The notes under the pieces were generated by a model, which searched no databases, was not told the origin of the DNA, and saw only the letters and a program-made list of their open reading frames with translations. Position numbers and translations under genes: made by a program. Source: Mizuhopecten yessoensis (Eukaryota). From it: DNA of 64,000 nucleotides. The DNA is taken from the NCBI RefSeq assembly GCF_002113885.1, contig NW_018480076.1, positions 1,277,603 through 1,341,602 of the forward strand, read 5' to 3'. Below, one piece after another: positions 51,903 to 64,000 of the stretch (position 1 is its first letter; each line of letters opens with the position of its first letter).

Positions 51903-54900
51903 GTGAGTACTTGTACAAACTCGCTAACTATAACGAGTCCGTGACCTTTTGATAGGGTCGTTCTCTTTAGTGTAATATCCAGAAAATGACATTTATTGTA
52001 CTTTTTTTCATTTTGTTGTGATTTATTTGAACTGTTTGACTTTGGTATCAATGGTAGATTTACTATCTTTGTTAGTATCGTCTGAATTAAGCCCTCTCAA
52101 AAGCATTTTTATACTGTATTCATTACTGTACTATAACACCATTTGAACGAAAAACTGAAACGAATTTGTTTGTTTAGAATTTTTCTTTCTTTCTGTAGCG
52201 TAAAACATAAATGGAATAGCATGTGCCGTACATTGGCATGTAAAACGAAAAGAACATGTTTGAAAAATCAAAATGAAAGGTAGAACATTAGAAATTATAA
52301 TGAAAAGTAAAGTTACTAAAAACTAAAATTGTATTGCTCTATCGTGAGAAATGAACATTTTAGGAAAGGTCAGGATACTACTTTTCGTCATAGCCTTTAA
52401 ACCCAATAGTTCAGGATGTTAAATTAAAACAAATAACCACATTTTTATTTAAAATACGGTAAAAGCACAAAATAAAAATCAGATAAGGTGTAGCCAAAGT
52501 ATATATATATAATATTATACCATCCACTGTCTTCCTATGACAAACGTATGGAGCATTTCAGCTTCCGAAGGGCGGCACACATTGACTGGCCCGAGTTTCA
52601 GCAGAAAGCATTGCTAAAGTTGATGGAAATGCTTAACCATAATGTTTTCCTTCAACTTCAGAAATATTACAAGAAAAGTAATATTTGTAAAACAGGGTTA
52701 AGTGTTTAAATAAATCCGAATTCGAATAAAAAATCGCTTAAACTTGAGCAAAATTTCAAAGAAGAGAAGATTAAATGGACACCCTTGAAAGGATACAGGA
52801 AGAAAAAGATTTAAAAGGGGAGGCGTCTGCTGCTTCATCCACGACAACCACTATGATAATTTAGGTAAAATCAAAGTAATGTCACGTCGTCCTAGCGAGA
52901 AATGGAGAGTTACAATAAAATAACAGTACATTATAATGAACATAATCAAAATAATCAAACTTTATTTCAAACAAAGAAGTAGCATATTTCCCAATGAGAT
53001 CGTGATTGTGACCAGGATAATTATTCATAATCTTCATCAAATTGTATTTTTCAACTCTGTGTTGTAAGATTTGCCATCAGCATATTCGGAGCAAGCTCTT
53101 TTGAAAATACCGAATCAACTTCGACATGTTATTGGTGGGGGAATAGGGGTGTTACTATCAAGAAAGGGGAAGATAAACTACCCGGATCATGTTGAAGATC
53201 AAAATATTTATCATAAAATAATCGACATAACATAATATACAGCCTTTTGTCAGAAGGTACGTACTTTATAACCTTTGTAAAGATGGAACATCTTTATTAA
53301 TCCATCACTACCCGAAAAGTCAACTCGGAAATGTTGTCTATACAGTGTATCTCAAACTCCCGTGCTATACGTCAACAAATGGGTTATTTCCGCAGTCGCC
53401 CCTGAATTCGTCAGCAAATGTAATCTTCAGTTTCCTGCCAAATAACAGGTCACAAACGGATTTTCCTCGATATTTCTTATATTTTTTTCATTTTTTTTCT
53501 GTAAACTTTTCTTTAGTCAATTATGACGCTATCGAAAGAAACCTTCGCATTATGAAAGAGAGTTTTTTTTTTCTCTCATAAATTTACACAATTTCCCGTT
53601 TAGCGGTTGTTATAACATAACTTATTAATCTCGGAATTCAAATTTTGCTATAAAGTTTGAGATAATTTGAGATAAATTTAAAGTTAAGAACAAATTGCCA
53701 AACAAAAAGCATTCCTTTTCAACTCTTAATGGTAAGAACTAGACTGTTGTGAGAGAAACATTCTGATACTTCTCTTCCTTTGTGCATTTTTTGTTTGTCT
53801 CAGTAGCGTTACAATTGACTTAACTAAAAATTCACTAAAAATGCAGAAATGCATAAAATGCATTAAGTAAAGAGTAAAAATAACTTGTGTCTTTCAATTT
53901 GGCCCAGCACTGTATATGTCAGTTTGTTATTCCGTCGGTAAATGTAGTCTTTATTCCAGTCACCCGTAAATTCATTGGCAAATTTAGACTTTATCCAAAT
54001 CCGTAAAATCAATTAGAACGTTCATCTCCCACAAGTCCTGTCTGAAATAACTGAGTATCTTCTCTTCAAAGTGTTAACATTTGCTAAATGGAGCGGAGTC
54101 CAAAACGTCCTCCGTCGGGTCTCTTTGAAAATCTGCTCCCTGGGTTTGGTGTACACTTACTTAGTAAATCAATGCTTTCATGTATTACAGAGCATATAAA
54201 TATAAAAACAAGAGATAAGCAGCTGTTACAGACTGCCTTAAACCTATCAGCAATTGTATGGTTTAACTCAGTCACCCCGTCAACATAGGTTTGCTTTAAC
54301 ATTTTTTGGTGTAATTATAGCCTGTTTCACCAGTAACATGTTGTAAAATGCTAATGTGTTACACGATACATGTACATCTTTACCCTCAAATATATCGCTA
54401 AACCGCTACTATAGACCTAACTTGATACCGTAACGTTTGGCACGGTTTCACTGTATAGTGTCGTCGGACCGTTAGCTTTATCGTATTGACGTAGTAAGAT
54501 TGACAGATACTCTATAATTAACACAATTAAATCTTAATTAACACGATTTTGGTATATGTTTACACTATCAGAAAATAAAAATGCTGTTCACAAGTTCTAC
54601 ACAAAGTGAAAGTACAACTTCTATATTATTTTTTATATTTTTTATTCTGCACAGCTGACGAAAAACGAATCAAAATATAACTCTAGAACTTTTGAATCTT
54701 TGTTTGTTATTTTCATTCATCTTGTGTGGTTATGTAGACTGAAATCCAGGCACACATTACTTATAAAACCCTTTATCTCAGTAAACGTAGTCACGTGTCT
54801 TGGTAATTTTGAATTTTATCATAACATGTGAATTTCCGGTACAAAGACTTTTAAGGTCGATTATAGACCGTGTTATTAAGTTTGTTTTGGATAAGATATC

Positions 54901-57900
54901 TCGGCCATTGGACGATGCCATGCACAAAGTAGGGAACTCAAGTTCACGGATAAGACGGTACACGAAAAGCGGGCAAGAAAACAGCTACGTGTTGTGTCAT
55001 TTAAGAAGTTGTTAAACGTTTATAAAATTACATTTTCCCCCTTGTAGAGGCAGTCGTTTGTTGGTTTGATTTACCAGCATTCTTAATATCTCAGATATCT
55101 CAGGCCTTTAACAACACTCAATGATGATGAGTCAACATCAACACCAAGAATTGTTCAAATGACTATTTGTTTATTATAACAGCGAATGATTGCAGTATCA
55201 TCCGCCATTACTCCTCGGTCAATAACAATCGGGATTTTGCTTCACTGTTCCTTTTCTAAAAGATTGGGACATTGATGAGATCCAAAATTGATATGCTACC
55301 TCCGTTTGTAACTGTTGCATGCATACCTTGATCTTGTACCTTGGTTCAATTTTCTTATGTTGATGCCCATGACGATTTTGTATTTGATTTCAAAAATTGT
55401 AACGGCCTATCAACACTACAAGGTCATATAAGGTTAAACTGTATAACTTGAGCAAAAGATAGGGTTTGCTAAGAAACAAAGGTTCACGATGAATTTCCGA
55501 ATTTCAGTGTCAGTTTTCTGTTGTATTTGTTGTCGCCTCTTTTCTATTATGTATTTATTTGCTGATGATGTTTTTTTGCTATATTACCAGACACCTTATT
55601 AATTCTCTTTTACGTCCTTAAAAACCTTATCTGTTGATGGGACGTCAATTTTTTTATACTCTATTTCTACCCTTTCATGCGTAGAGAACTCCCTCTAATA
55701 CATAATGTATACAACTGTACATAGATTCTTGTGAGTTTAAGTTGTTTATCCTGACACTTGCCACCATATTGGCCAATTGGCAGCGCTGACGTAAACCCTA
55801 TACAAATGAAGGTGAAATATATCTGAAATAGTTTTGCCGTGTGGTGCAATCGCCCGCAGCCCCTTCATTGTCGTGTGAGAACCCCATAGTGTTTTATCGA
55901 TTAGCCAATTAGACGCCCGCGTTGGCATATTGACATCACACGCAAACGGATCGCACCGAGCGGACATAGGTGCTCACGGTAACATTAATAAATGACGAGG
56001 ATTACCTGTGAAACACAGTACGAATCAATACCGTCCACATAACCATACCATAGATATATGCATTCCCCAAGCGATTCTTATTAACCATTTCCTGTAATTA
56101 AATCGAGATTTATGCTTTGGAATGAAATATTCACGAACGGAACTATTCTAGAGATAGCAAATACTTTGCCATTCAATTCGTCTGCTTGAAAATGCATTGG
56201 GCTGTAGATTTGAGATTTTCTTCACATTACAATCAATCTTTTGATTTCTTTTTGCTCATTGACCTATGACTTCAACATAGACCAGATGCAGAATGGTAGT
56301 TTTACCTAGCAATAAAGACAGATAATGGACAGTTTTTCATAAGTGTTTAGAATGTTGCTGGAAAAGTTTTAATAGAAAGATTTACGGTTGTCAGGCCATT
56401 ATAAAATATAACAAAACACAGGGCTAGAATATCAATGATAAATACGATAAATTATATCATACGAAATTGTCACACGTTCCATATAAATAACTGATTTTAG
56501 TACTATTTTTATAAAAAACAAACTACATTTGCCCTAGCATACTTGTATTATAACGATGTCATTTACATTTAGATGCCAGATTTAAAATATACAAAATCAG
56601 GGGAACTGAAATAAATGTCTCTTGTCGTATAATGAATTGAGCTTCACTTTAAAAAAAACACCACCATAATAATACCTGAAAAAAGTTTTACTACTTCATA
56701 ACAAATGAGAATATGTACTTATTTAATATGTATGAAAATGTAAAATCGTATGAACCAGCTCTTTTCATAATTGTTCCTTAATGCTGTAGCATCTTTTCTT
56801 CATGTTGAAACAGAAAGCTGTGGGTCCATGCGGAAATTTCCCATGTCAGAATGGCGGCCGCTGTCTTGATACCCAAACCATCAACGGGGAAAGGACGTAT
56901 TTGTGTATTTGTGCTGACGAATGGACAGGAACCAACTGTGACGTCAAAGGTATTTTAGAGATGCATGATGTATAGCGATGATTGTGTATCCCAGTCATTA
57001 CTCAAATCCTCATGCTTAAAACATCGAAGTCATTCATCTTTTGAGATGGTCAGTGCAGTTGAGATAACTATTACGAGTCACTCTCAAATACACGTATTCC
57101 ATAATGAGGTAATAAAAACTAATAAACGTTAATTACTTTATATGTATATTCACATTTTGATAAGGATATTCCTTTTTTTGGCAGCTCACACTATAGAATG
57201 GTCTGATTGGTCCGATTGGGGCACGTGCTCAGCCACGTGCGGAAATAGCAGACGACACCGTACCCGCCAATGCATGGACAAGGAGACCGATAAGTCCGTC
57301 GACGCCCGGTTATGTTATGGGCCTGAAGAAGACTTCGACTTTTGTCCCTTTAAGGAATGCCCAAGTAAGGGACACTTATAAATAGGAATGTCTTGGTAAT
57401 GCAAGACAATAGCAAGTGATATGTGGGTAAAGTACTGGCAATAAGTAGAGCTATCTAGATAGGTAACCACATTAAGTACTGTAGGGCCTTATTTAACTCA
57501 GGCAATATCTACTGTTGATGACGTCACACAATTGTGTCTCATTCTCGGAAACAAATTGCTTACTCGAATTGCCCATATATAGTGTTATTGACGTCATGGA
57601 AACGTGTGACGATGTAGGATAAGGTTATGAGATGATGACCCCAGTTTATGGGAACACATATTATTGAGTAAAGTCAGCGTAAACTGTAAAAATAGTTTAG
57701 TTACATCTTGACGTAAAATTAAGCTGCATTATTGATTTCGAGAAAATATAGATATACAGTTAGTCCAGGTTCTATCAGTGATATATATGAGAGTAGCTTC
57801 TTTTATGTAATGCGTAACGTCAATAATGGTGACAGACTCCAACAATACATCTCTCAAAGCATGTTTGTATTAAAAATAAGACTGCTTTGAGGTTTTTAAA

Positions 57901-60900
57901 GAAGTGTTTTGAATGGAGGAAAATTCGCGAAAATTTAACAAAGACTGAATTCATGTAAAGAATAGTGCATATTGACATTTACAACCAAGACTATGCTTAA
58001 TGAGCAAGGTGATAACTATCAACCAATATGTTCCATCACACATTTACTATTATGCATTTTCCGAAAAAAAATACATAGCAATAAGTAATTACACAACAGC
58101 TATAGCTGTACAGTAAACCTTCGTTTTCGTGGAACACGATATGTATTGTTTTGTTATTACTTCTCATTCGTAACCATTGATACTGTTGACAGTGTGGGAC
58201 AACTGGGGAGAATGGAATACATGCTCCACCAACCATTCATGTGGGCATGGCACAAAGGAAAGGTCAAGGACGTGCTTACACAATGGGGTACCAGGCGTGG
58301 ATCGGTACTGTAAAGGGGACACAGTCCAGTATGGTACTTGTGAGGGTATCGTTTGTCAAAGTAAGTAAATCTCCAGTATTACTGCGTAGGGATATAGTTT
58401 TAATATAACCGGTAATTTTATCTAAATGATTTATGGGAGTCCTTTATGTAATTAATAACGAAATTTTATTATAAATTGAAAACAAGTATGTCTTTTTAAA
58501 GTTTAGTGCATAAAGTATTTGGAATGTTTAGGTGCTGTGCGGCTTGTTAATGGCCCCGAATTCGGTGAGGGCCGCGTGGAGATGTGGAACTCGAAGACCC
58601 GGATGTTCTATCCCATTTGTGAAGAGAACTGGAATATGACGTCAGCTGAAATAGTTTGCAGACAGAATGGATTCATGGGAGCTTTCGGTGGTACGCTAGC
58701 ATTGTCTTATTTTGCAAAATTACCATGACCTTATTATCTTGAAGTATGTGTTCCTTCGGTTTTACCTGCCGTTTTTGAACTCGTTATCTAATCCATACAA
58801 GCTTGTCAGCATGTTAAGGCTGTCACAAGAAAGGTGTATGTGAAGAGTGTGTACTGTCTGATAATGATGTCAGCTATGTACTCAAACCTCACTCTCGATT
58901 ATAAATAGTTTAGATACTACAGACGATTTATATAATTTGATACAGCCATACTTCAAACTGATTGAAGCCAATATTGCACAAAATTAAAAGGGTCCATAGA
59001 ATTAAAAAAAAAAGTCATAATTCCCTACCGTAATAAGCAATGTTTCTCGTCAACAACTTCTATCTATGTTCGTTTAGCAGAAACTCGTCATTTTTTTTCT
59101 TTCAATGATTACAATAAGTATTTTGTCAGTGCACAACGTTTGGTCACACACCGAAAAAGGTTTAGTTCTAATTGAAAATAGAGCACATCTATCCGAAGCA
59201 TAAATGTCATATAGGTGTGTTATAGTTCACATTTTAACAACAATTAGAAACACCCTTTCAAAAATTAATACTTGCATGGTAACCATGTCTTAATATGTTT
59301 GTTAGAATTCTTTTATCTTAGGAATTATGTTAGATTGTCTAAATCAATAACTGACCGATTGATTGGACGTTTCAGTATTTCCGTTTATTGGTCCTTCAAA
59401 ATCAGTAACTGTCTGTTCGACACAATAGTAATTTTTTAGTCATTGTTTGTGGCAGTGGTGAAGAATGCTTCGTACGAAGAAGTAGAGGACTCGTCTATCT
59501 TTTTGACAACGACTTGCCAGGGAGATGAAAGGTTCCTCCAGGAGTGTCCAAGGCAGGAGTCAGATGCGTGCCCGGGATCAGCCGGGGTCAGGTGTAGAGG
59601 TCTGTTCTTAATTTATGTCGAGAATAGCACTTACTAACAACCTAAACTCTGTCATTATGTAAATTAATACTATATGGCATGAGTAGTTTCTCATCTAAAA
59701 GTCAGTGTTTAGAATATCTCTTTCTGCGTGTGATACTACTGTTAAAACTTTGGAAATAGATATGGTTATTACACGGTTTGATACATTATTGAAGTTGTTT
59801 ATACTGTACTTGAATGTCTTTGCTTTCATATAATTTTGTACAGGATTCATGGTTTGACGAAGAAACGCTTTGCGAACTTACCCGTATATCGTAACAGCAA
59901 ACAGTTTCGAGTAACTCTCCTAAAGTCAAGATCACGTGACTTCGGAAAATGACCACAAAAAACGGAGGTCATTATTCGTATAAAGTACTTAATTGAGGAC
60001 ATAAATAAAACAGTATTATTTCTTTACTAATATTTATATGATTTCTTATAATGTTACATCATTTGTCAATATTATTTATCGAATTGTTTTAGTGAAGGGG
60101 GCATGGGCTCTTTGGTTGGAATGGAGTGCATGCTCAGTCACGTGTGAAGACGGGAGGAGAACGAGAACTCGGACATGTGACCACCCACCGCCCAATCACG
60201 GAGGAGAACCGTGCCCAGGAGACGAGATTCAATACAAACCCTGTACAGAGATCATGTGTCCAGGTACTTATCATCAATACATCAATGTAATGATTATCAA
60301 AATTATTTTAGAAATGTATTATGAGGAAGAGAGGTCATTACGACAAAATTCATATAAATATTTTAATAAATAGATACAAAGGAAATGAAAATTTTATCCT
60401 GTATTATAGTTTGAAAAAATAAATAGTGGGCGCTATTACTATTCTGAATTCAGCCACTGGTCGGTATTCCTTCTTCGCGTATTGCAGAGTTATCTTCTCT
60501 TGGGAGCAGGTATTGATTGTTACGTCACTTGTTCGTGAGAGTAACGTCATCAATTTTTGAGAAAACGACGTAATTTTCTCGCACAAACCAATGACGTAAC
60601 AATCAATACCTGCTCCCAAGAGAAGATAACTCTGCAATACGCAAAGACGGAATATGATAAATGGTATCTTTGTGGATGCATACACCAGATTTAAGCCCTT
60701 TTATCAGTGTTTCGTATCACAATTCCATGGAAATTGTTTATGAATTAAAATTTTGAAAAAAGACGTTTGTAGAATAAATAATGAATTATTTAGTTTTTTT
60801 TATTTAATCTATAAAGAAACATTTTTTTTTTTTACAATTTTATTTTTCTGTTTTTCTGCATGGTGATTAACATTTGGGTAAAACAATGAGTGTTTAGGTT

Positions 60901-63534
60901 GGTTTCACCTACCATTGTTTCCGTCGTCTTTTCTTTCTCCCTGCTATATCAGTCTGTATAAGATTACTGTGCATGATACCAATCATTGATGGCTTTAAAG
61001 CAATGCGATTTTGCCATTCGAACTGTCGCTTACATTATACATTGCGGAAATGTAATCACAGCGATTTTGCATTCTTTTTTATTTAGATTATTTAACTGTT
61101 ACTCAAATGAAATGAAATTGCCTGATGACAATTAAATACATTATTACCTTTATCAAACTCAGTTTAGATTTCTTATAAAGTCGGTTTAGAAATCGCTTAT
61201 GAATATACTGAGATATAATCTTGCAAAAAGTTTAAATTCATGTTTTTTCACAGCATACTGGAAAAAAATATATGAGAAGCATCCGATAATGAAAAGTCTG
61301 ATTTTTTTTTATCTTGTGCTAAGTCTACACTTGTTAAATTGATAGACATGCGTAACTTCTGGAAGGCATGTTTTAGGTGGGGGAAAATCGGGATTTTAAT
61401 AAAGGAAACGGTTTTCCATCATTTAAGACAACGCATTTATGCTGTTGACATAATGTTGAACAATATTTTAACGATCAATATGGTTATGACGTTATATTCG
61501 TATTCAAATGACCGCGTTTGACGGACTATTTTCAAACGAATACTTATCATTTGTTCTTTTCAGCATGGGAAATTGATATAGCAATATATTGAAATTACAT
61601 TAAAATTAATGCTTACATTCATTGTTTCGTCATAAAATATCGGAAGCACTGATCTTTTATTTTTCGTTTTTCTTCACATTTAAAGTTCAAATCCCAATTA
61701 TTATTGAAATGTTCACTGTTAAACTACATGTAATGTGAAACTGTCAATCACCATATTTGAATTTTTCATGAAATGAACAAAATCAAAGATATATATATAT
61801 ATACCACATATCACTTGCTTTGATATGTGTGAATTGATCTCTGTAATTAACCCATTCTTAATTTATTTTCCTTCTTATCCAGCGGGACTGCTGAGTCCCC
61901 TTCGTGTAAATTAACCCATTCTTAATTTTTTCTCCTTCTTATCCAGCGGGACTGCTGAGTCCTCTTCGTGTATATTAACCCATTCTTAATTTATTCTCCT
62001 TCTTATCCAGCGGGACTGCTGAGTCCCCTTCGTGTAAATTAACCCATTCTTATTTTATTCCCCTTCTTATCCAGCGGGACTGCTGAGTCCCCTTCGTGTA
62101 AATTAAAATAAAGCACAAAACATATCGTTGTTATCTCTGCTTTCAAATTCATTTTAATTGATTAAATCTTGTGAAATAAAGGTGATTTTCAGTGGACATA
62201 GGCCTAACCTTGCCCTTGCTGTTGCAGTGGTTCTGTGGAGTGAATGGTCTGCGTGTAGTGTCGAGTGTGGAGGAGGCACACAAGCTCGATCCCGCCAGTG
62301 CTTATATAATCCCGCTCCATGCATAGACAGTCCACCCCAGTCTCAGCCCTGCAATACAAGGCCGTGTAGCGGTACTGATCATTACAGCATCACCACCACA
62401 TCGTATACCGTCCCAAGCTTACATCACATGATATAACCTTCCTCGTATCCTACCTTGGTCCGTTATTGTAACTGTATACTTCCACTTCATCCTGACCGTT
62501 TAGAGGAAGATATGACTTTAACAGAATTCCTTCTCAAATTAATTGCGACATTTACGTTATGTGTTAATGTACATTATATTATCTACGCATACCATAAATG
62601 TCCATTCGGCGCATCTACATAGCAGCTTTCAACCGCAAGGCCTTCCCAGTCATATCTTCTGGATATCACCGATACACATGTTTACGCTATCCTTACCTCT
62701 ATCCACCTGCGTAATATCATCCAACGGCGGATCCTGCTTGTGTTTTCCTCCTCATTCCGCGCATGCTTATCCACAGTATATATTCTCTCCAAGGACTCCT
62801 GATACAACATAGCGTTGTTGGCCTTTGCGCTCCCGTTCCAAGTTTATTTTACAGACGACTCGGCATGCTGTTGTTCCATTTAATTTTACATGTGATTTGT
62901 TATACTTTGTTTGCATCGTTTTCACAATGCTTCTTACCGTAGATTTGGGTGGGGTTTAAAAAACAATGGGTATGGAGGAATCAGGTTTCTGATTGGTTGA
63001 CTAATGATACGTTACCAACGCAGTGGATGGTTATTGGTTGACTTGGTCTGATTGGTCGAAATGCTCTGTGACGTGTGAAAATGGAACCCAGTTCCGGACG
63101 AGGGTGTGCAACGAACCTCTTTACAACGGGATACCATGTGAAGGTCCGAAACAGGAAAACAGAGACTGTTATCCTCGAGAATGTCCAGGTAGGTTCTTTT
63201 CAGTTAATCAAATGCTTAATTATCTTGCATTAATAATCATCTACAATAGATTTGATACACAACTTCACGTTCATAATCGTGTTTTACCTGCTCGACCTTA
63301 TTTATACAGTGTCCTTATTAATAGTATAATCAGCTTGTGAACCACAATCCTCTCACTTGTGTTGAACAGTGGATGGTGAATACGAGCCTTGGAATGAATG
63401 GACGCCGTGTACATCTTCGTGTGGCTACGGCACGAGGTTCAGGAACCGCACGTGTAATCAACCCCTTCATGGCGGTGATGTATGCCCGGGGGTGTCATCA
63501 GAGACCGAAGTCTGTAACGCTTTCTCGTGTCCAG
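51549..63534 (+). CDS. Secreted multidomain protein: signal peptide-PAN/Apple-EGF-TSP1-TSP1-SRCR-TSP1x4 (3'-incomplete; coadhesin/hemicentin-like TSP1 array)
   Basis: Exons 51549-51902, 56814-56949, 57185-57364, 58193-58360, 58532-58690, 59456-59599, 60093-60263, 62228-62371, 63024-63188 and 63370-63534 are all GT-AG; phase 0 after exon 1 and phase 1 thereafter. Confidence 0.9.
56814..56949 (+). CDS. Exon 2: EGF-like domain
   Basis: PCGNFPCQNGGRCLDT...YLCICADEWTGTNCD. Confidence 0.92.
57185..57364 (+). CDS. Exon 3: TSP1 repeat
   Basis: WSDWSDWGTCSATCG...RTRQC. Confidence 0.93.
58193..58360 (+). CDS. Exon 4: TSP1 repeat
   Basis: WDNWGEWNTCS...CGHGTKERSRTC. Confidence 0.93.
58532..58690 (+). 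CDS. Exon 5: SRCR domain, N-terminal half
   Basis: VRLVNGPEFGEGRVEM...ICEENW...AEIVCRQNGF. Confidence 0.92.
59456..59599 (+). CDS. Exon 6: SRCR domain, C-terminal half
   Basis: CQGDERFLQEC...C..SAGVRC. Confidence 0.9.
60093..60263 (+). CDS. Exon 7: TSP1 repeat
   Basis: GAWALWLEWSACSVTC...RTRTCDHPPPNHGGEPCPG. Confidence 0.93.
60465..60654. mobile_element. Foldback MITE (~190 bp, TA-flanked)
   Basis: About 63-bp near-perfect inverted arms, TATTCC...GCGTATTGCAGAGTTATCTTCTCTTGGGAGCAGGTATTGATTGTTACGTCA and its reverse complement. Confidence 0.88.
61845..62107. repeat. 64-bp tandem repeat, 4 copies
   Basis: Unit AATTAACCCATTCTTAATTTATTTTCCTTCTTATCCAGCGGGACTGCTGAGTCCCCTTCGTGTA. Confidence 0.95.
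62228..62371 (+). CDS. Exon 8: TSP1 repeat
   Basis: WSEWSACSVECGGGTQARSRQC. Confidence 0.9.
63024..63188 (+). CDS. Exon 9: TSP1 repeat
   Basis: VDGYWLTWSDWSKCSVTC...RTRVC. Confidence 0.93.
63370..63534 (+). CDS. Exon 10: TSP1 repeat
   Basis: VDGEYEPWNEWTPCTSSCG...RNRTC. Confidence 0.92.
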
Positions 63535-64000
63535 GTATGTCAACAGATAAAGGCCCCGGGCGTAAGGTATGACAATTCCAAATGCTCCATGAGCTCTTTC
63601 ACCAATCTTCAATGTCTGAGAAACACGATTTCAAGTGATTGATATTGATATAACTGGACTTATTTTGGCTCGGTCGGCCGTGAGGTCTAGAGAGATTGAC
63701 AGTGCTTCAGACCTAGTGCGACCGAAAGTGTGGGTTCTAGTACTGGTTTCAGAGGTTAATAAATATTGCCTTGAAGTAGTTGCTATATTGTGTTTATATT
63801 TGCGCAGTCCTAGTAGCATCTATTTCCACGTCAAACTTAAAATCATGTGATCGAGTTTGCAATTAAAGCAATAGGAAGTGAAAAGTCCTGCGGGAAAGCA
63901 TTCCGGTTTTATTGTTACAATTTTCTTTTTGAAAGCTAAAAAAGTCATTTTGCTTCCTTCAGTTTGATAACAATAAACATACCAATCAATTTTGTGTGAC

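Noticed and set aside
53341-53914. TACAGTG...CACTGTA, a possible Tc1/mariner relic
   Set aside because: The inverted match is only about 7 bp and no transposase trace is visible.

Overview
AT-rich, intron-rich animal DNA, most likely from a mollusc and probably a bivalve (inferred from the SINE, LINE and MITE families and the gene content). From left to right: (1) 1-12 kb is the probable 5' end of an unidentified minus-strand gene whose introns hold four minisatellites, SINEs and MITEs. (2) 13.2-22.3 kb holds two decayed LINEs. The first has lost its RT at a V-SINE, and a 27-bp piece of its ORF1 (GYGISRDYP) has expanded into a 3.7-kb minisatellite. The second is a frameshifted CR1-clade element. 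(3) 23.4-36.4 kb is a tandem array of 13 tRNA-Arg(CCU) genes and pseudogenes; its ~1-kb spacers look like decayed copies of an unidentified protein-coding ORF. (4) 38.2-49.3 kb is a complete 9-exon pancreatic-lipase-family gene (496 aa, minus strand). (5) 51.5-63.5 kb is the first 10 exons of a secreted PAN/Apple-EGF-TSP1-TSP1-SRCR-(TSP1)n protein (plus strand, runs off the window). The most interesting leads are the fossil ORF co-amplified with the tRNA, the LINE-ORF1-born minisatellite, and several intronic tandem repeats built around splice sites or candidate microexons. All calls were made by eye; no searches were run.
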